DNA of 64,000 nucleotides, from the NCBI RefSeq assembly GCF_964188315.1, contig NC_135656.1:16120001-16184000 (forward strand), read 5' to 3'. Both the position numbers and the translations under genes were made by a program. Source of the DNA: Podarcis muralis. Lineage: Eukaryota. The notes beneath the pieces are model-generated. The model ran no database searches, had not been told where the DNA came from, and was given only the letters and a program-made list of their open reading frames with translations. Below are positions 61,101-64,000 of the stretch, in pieces (the first letter of the stretch is position 1; each line of letters begins with the position of its first letter).

Positions 61101-61716
61101 TACCTGCATTTGTGATTGCCCAACGGATATAGAATTGACTAACACCCGAGAATACACCATGCCCCTGCAGTTACTGAATTGTCCTTGTTCTTCCCACGGC
61201 GTGAGCTACTTACCGGTCTCAGCACCCGCAGAACTTCTTTCATAACTTGCTCCGGGCTCTTCACAGAGCATAGCACCAGCGTTGAAACCACCACATCCAC
61301 CGATGCAGCTGATACCTGGTGCAGGTCCTCAGCTGGAGCCACCAAACAGCGTTCCACCTGAGGGGGGGATTTTCAGCCAAGCTCTTGTTGAGAAAGTTCT
61401 GGAAGTTGCAGTTCGGATCAGTGCATATTATTTTGCATTCCACGGGGTAGAACTGAAAGTTGGAGCCAGTTCCTGTGCCAATCTCCAGCAGTGTGAGGGC
61501 CCCCGTAGGACTGGCAAAGTCCTTCAGGTTGCTGAACATTTCCCTTTTCTTGTCGGACATCTGCTTATTATAACTGATTGTCACCACAGCCATGAAGTAG
61601 GGGAATAACTTCTTGCAAAGGGGTTTCCAGATACCCAGATACCACAGCAAGTAAGCAGGGAAGGCTAATATCTGGACGCATAACCTGCGCAGGATAACTA
61701 GGCATGTTGCTTCCAT
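58143..61716 (-). pseudogene. METTL7A: METTL7A-like copy M3 with a -1 frameshift in exon 1 (pseudogene, or an assembly homopolymer error)
   Basis: E1 61214-61716 is 503 bp versus 504 bp in M2. The frame is lost at a C7 run near 61361-61368, giving a stop at 61261-61263. E2 58143-58379 is intact. Confidence 0.7.
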
Positions 61717-62284
61717 GTTAGCAGGAGGGCAGAAAACAGCAAAGGCAGAGGAGAAGTGAAAGTCAGTCGCAGAGTCTCGAGGGTGGGGCTTGTTATTATC
61801 TGTTGCTTCCAGTCCTCAAAGATATCAAAGGGGGGAAAGAAATATTGTTAATAAACTCCACACGCACACAAACTCACCAATAGCATGGTTTGTGCATGCA
61901 CTTGTAATCTTGCCCATCAGAGGAACTTAAAAACTGTATTTGCTGTCTTTTAGAGGGAAATAATCTCATTTAGGGGGTATTCTTACACTTTATTGCAGCA
62001 GTGTACTCCGCGGTCCTGTAGTAACCCAAAGTGAATGTTGGTTTAAATTTGTTACAAGCTTTTCCTAAATAATAGGGGGAAACCCTTTCCCCATGGCAGA
62101 ACTCTTTCACACCAAAACTGCGGTGAAAAATGTTGGGGTGGAAGGATTTGCTCCCTCTGAGTTGAAACTACGGTCGTCTTCAGTGATATATTTGCTTCCC
62201 TTGTGGATTTGTTTTTTTGTCTCAAGCAGCTGCAGACTTGAGCAGCAGTCCTGCCCTGCAAATGCTTTTCTTTTATTCGCTCTG

Positions 62285-64000
62285 GCTGTTCTTTTATATA
62301 TATATATAAATTTTCCAACATACATTTATAATATCCATTCTAAATTTAATCACATATTTTCTCTTTTTGACTTCCTTCAACCTCTCTGACAATCATCCAT
62401 TATTCAAATTCTTAAATACGCATTTCCTAATTTTATATTGCATTTTTTTCTCCCAAACTTGTACTTGATACAATGTATGTGGAGAGATGATTTCCAGAGC
62501 CCATGGGTAAAAAATTTACAGCTGAAAATTACGGCAATGGGAATCTCCTCATCCAAATTACTAGAGCAGGACATAGTTCCAGCTAAAAGAACAGTAACCT
62601 GTAAGCTAGAGGAGATGGACTTGCAGCAGACGATGGTCTTGGGCAATGGTACCTGCTCACCTCTAAACCTTGGTTTATTACCCCTCTTAAGGCTCCCAAA
62701 CTATTTGAATTCCTTAACTTCTTCGGCTCATAGATACGCCTTTGTAAAGGCAAGATTCAACACCTTCCCATCGAACGTGCTGAGAAATAGATTCTCCAAT
62801 GGACAGATATCGCTCTTATGTGATTGTAATTGTGGGGCACCGGAATCGTTGCATCACATAATCTTTGACTGTGCTTTTCACTCACCGGCCAGGAGCAAGT
62901 TTCTTGCTCAATATCTAAAGGGAATTGCCGATGATACGAATGAAGCCAAACTGAGATATCTATTAAATGATGATGACCCCCTAAGATCACTCACGGTTGC
63001 CAGATTCTTGATCAGCGTCCTATCCCTAAAGAAGAGAAACGGACTCCTGTGTGGCTCAGATAATCCCTTTAAACCATGATCTATGTTTTAGGATGTAATT
63101 AGGTGATATCACCATTGATGTCTTCTATTAATTTATGAGCAGAGGGCGATGTTTATGTTACAAATTTATTGTAATGTATGATGTTGGTCTTTTGTTTTTG
63201 TTTTGCTTTGGTTCTTGTCTGTTTTTGTAAGTTTTGGCGGTTTTAAATTTGGAGGTTTAGTATATTATGTTGGTATGGGAAACTGTCGTGTGACGGGCCA
63301 ATGGCCGTAATAAAGATCAATCCAATCCAATCCAATATATTGCATTTTATAAACCTTCACACCCTTAGTTTTCATCAATACAATAGTCCTCTATCATTTA
63401 CAGAACTTCTTGAAATCCCACTAGCGTTATGTGCTCATCACATACACATTTCAGATAGTCTGAAAATTTTCCCCAGTCTTCAAGGAACTTTTATCTCGTA
63501 TATATCTGATCTTTCCTGTTAGTTTGTCTAGTTCAGCATAGTCCATCAGTTTCATTCTCCATTCTTTGAGCGTCGGCAGTTGTTCCTGTTTCCATTTTTG
63601 GGCCAATAATATTCTTGCTGCTGTTACTGCATATTGGAAAATTTATTTCATTTCCTACTATTCCTAGAAGAAAAGCCTCTGGTTTCTTAACAAACGTATA
63701 TTTCAACATCTTTTTCATCTCATTATATATCATTTCCCAGAAGCCCTTCACCTTCTTACAGTCCCACCACATATGGTAAAATGTTCCGTCTTTTTCTTTA
63801 CATTTCCAACACTTATTACATGTTTTATACATTTTTGCCAGTTTCACAAGTGTGATGTACCATGTATAAATCATTTTCATAACATTTTCCTTTAACGCAG
63901 TACATGCCGTAAATTTTATATTTTCATTCCATAGTTTTATCCAATCGTTAAACTGTATATTTATATCTCTCGCCCAGTGTATCATAACCGATTTAACTTC
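62285..64000 (-). mobile_element. L1-clade LINE 3' portion, interrupted by the insertion above and running off the right edge
   Basis: ORF 63533-63985 contains the L1 ORF2 C-terminal motif CWKC...GTFYHMWWDC; the AT-rich 3' UTR continues across the TSD. Confidence 0.78.
62447..63335 (+). mobile_element. 5'-truncated non-LTR retrotransposon (RTE-X-like; clade uncertain)
   Basis: ORF 62438-63079 has a C-terminal knuckle CDCNCGAPESLHHIIFDC; AATAAA then (CAATC)n tail; 13-bp TSD TATATTGCATTTT (62434-62446 / 63336-63348). Confidence 0.78.

Larger units (their letters stand above)
52695..62017. repeat. Tandem segmental duplication: unit 1 52695-57239 (M2), unit 2 57408-62017 (M3)
   Basis: Collinear high identity from GCTTTAAGTGCAGGGAAGGGACTCCG to CCGCGGTCCT, covering the 3' flank, exon 2, intron (shared SINE, MITE and L2 pieces) and exon 1. 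Confidence 0.92.

Overview
Vertebrate genomic DNA, most likely a squamate (lacertid-like) lizard; this is inferred from Sauria-type SINEs, Bov-B and Penelope remnants, not from a database search. All genes are on the minus strand. Bases 1-44,000 hold a tandem array of four TMPRSS12-like trypsin-fold serine protease genes, here A-D. A runs off the left edge; B, C and D are complete five-exon genes of 319, 317 and 318 aa. All reconstructed exons join in frame, the catalytic residues are intact where visible, and surface loops and activation peptides differ strongly between copies. Bases 47,000-62,000 hold three two-exon METTL7A/TMT1A-like methyltransferase genes, M1-M3. M2 and M3 lie in a recent ~4.6-kb tandem duplication, and M3 has a 1-bp frameshift and a non-homologous proximal promoter. 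Introns and intergenic DNA are full of SINEs, LINE fragments and TIR elements. Notable structures are a nested Tigger > Tc2-like element carrying a 10-copy 102-bp double-hairpin array, a ~1-kb intronic inversion flanked by inverted duplications, a GC-AG intron and a degenerate Penelope hammerhead motif. Exon boundaries, counts and alignments were worked out by hand; repeat family names come from recognition of sequence style and need RepeatMasker/Dfam confirmation.
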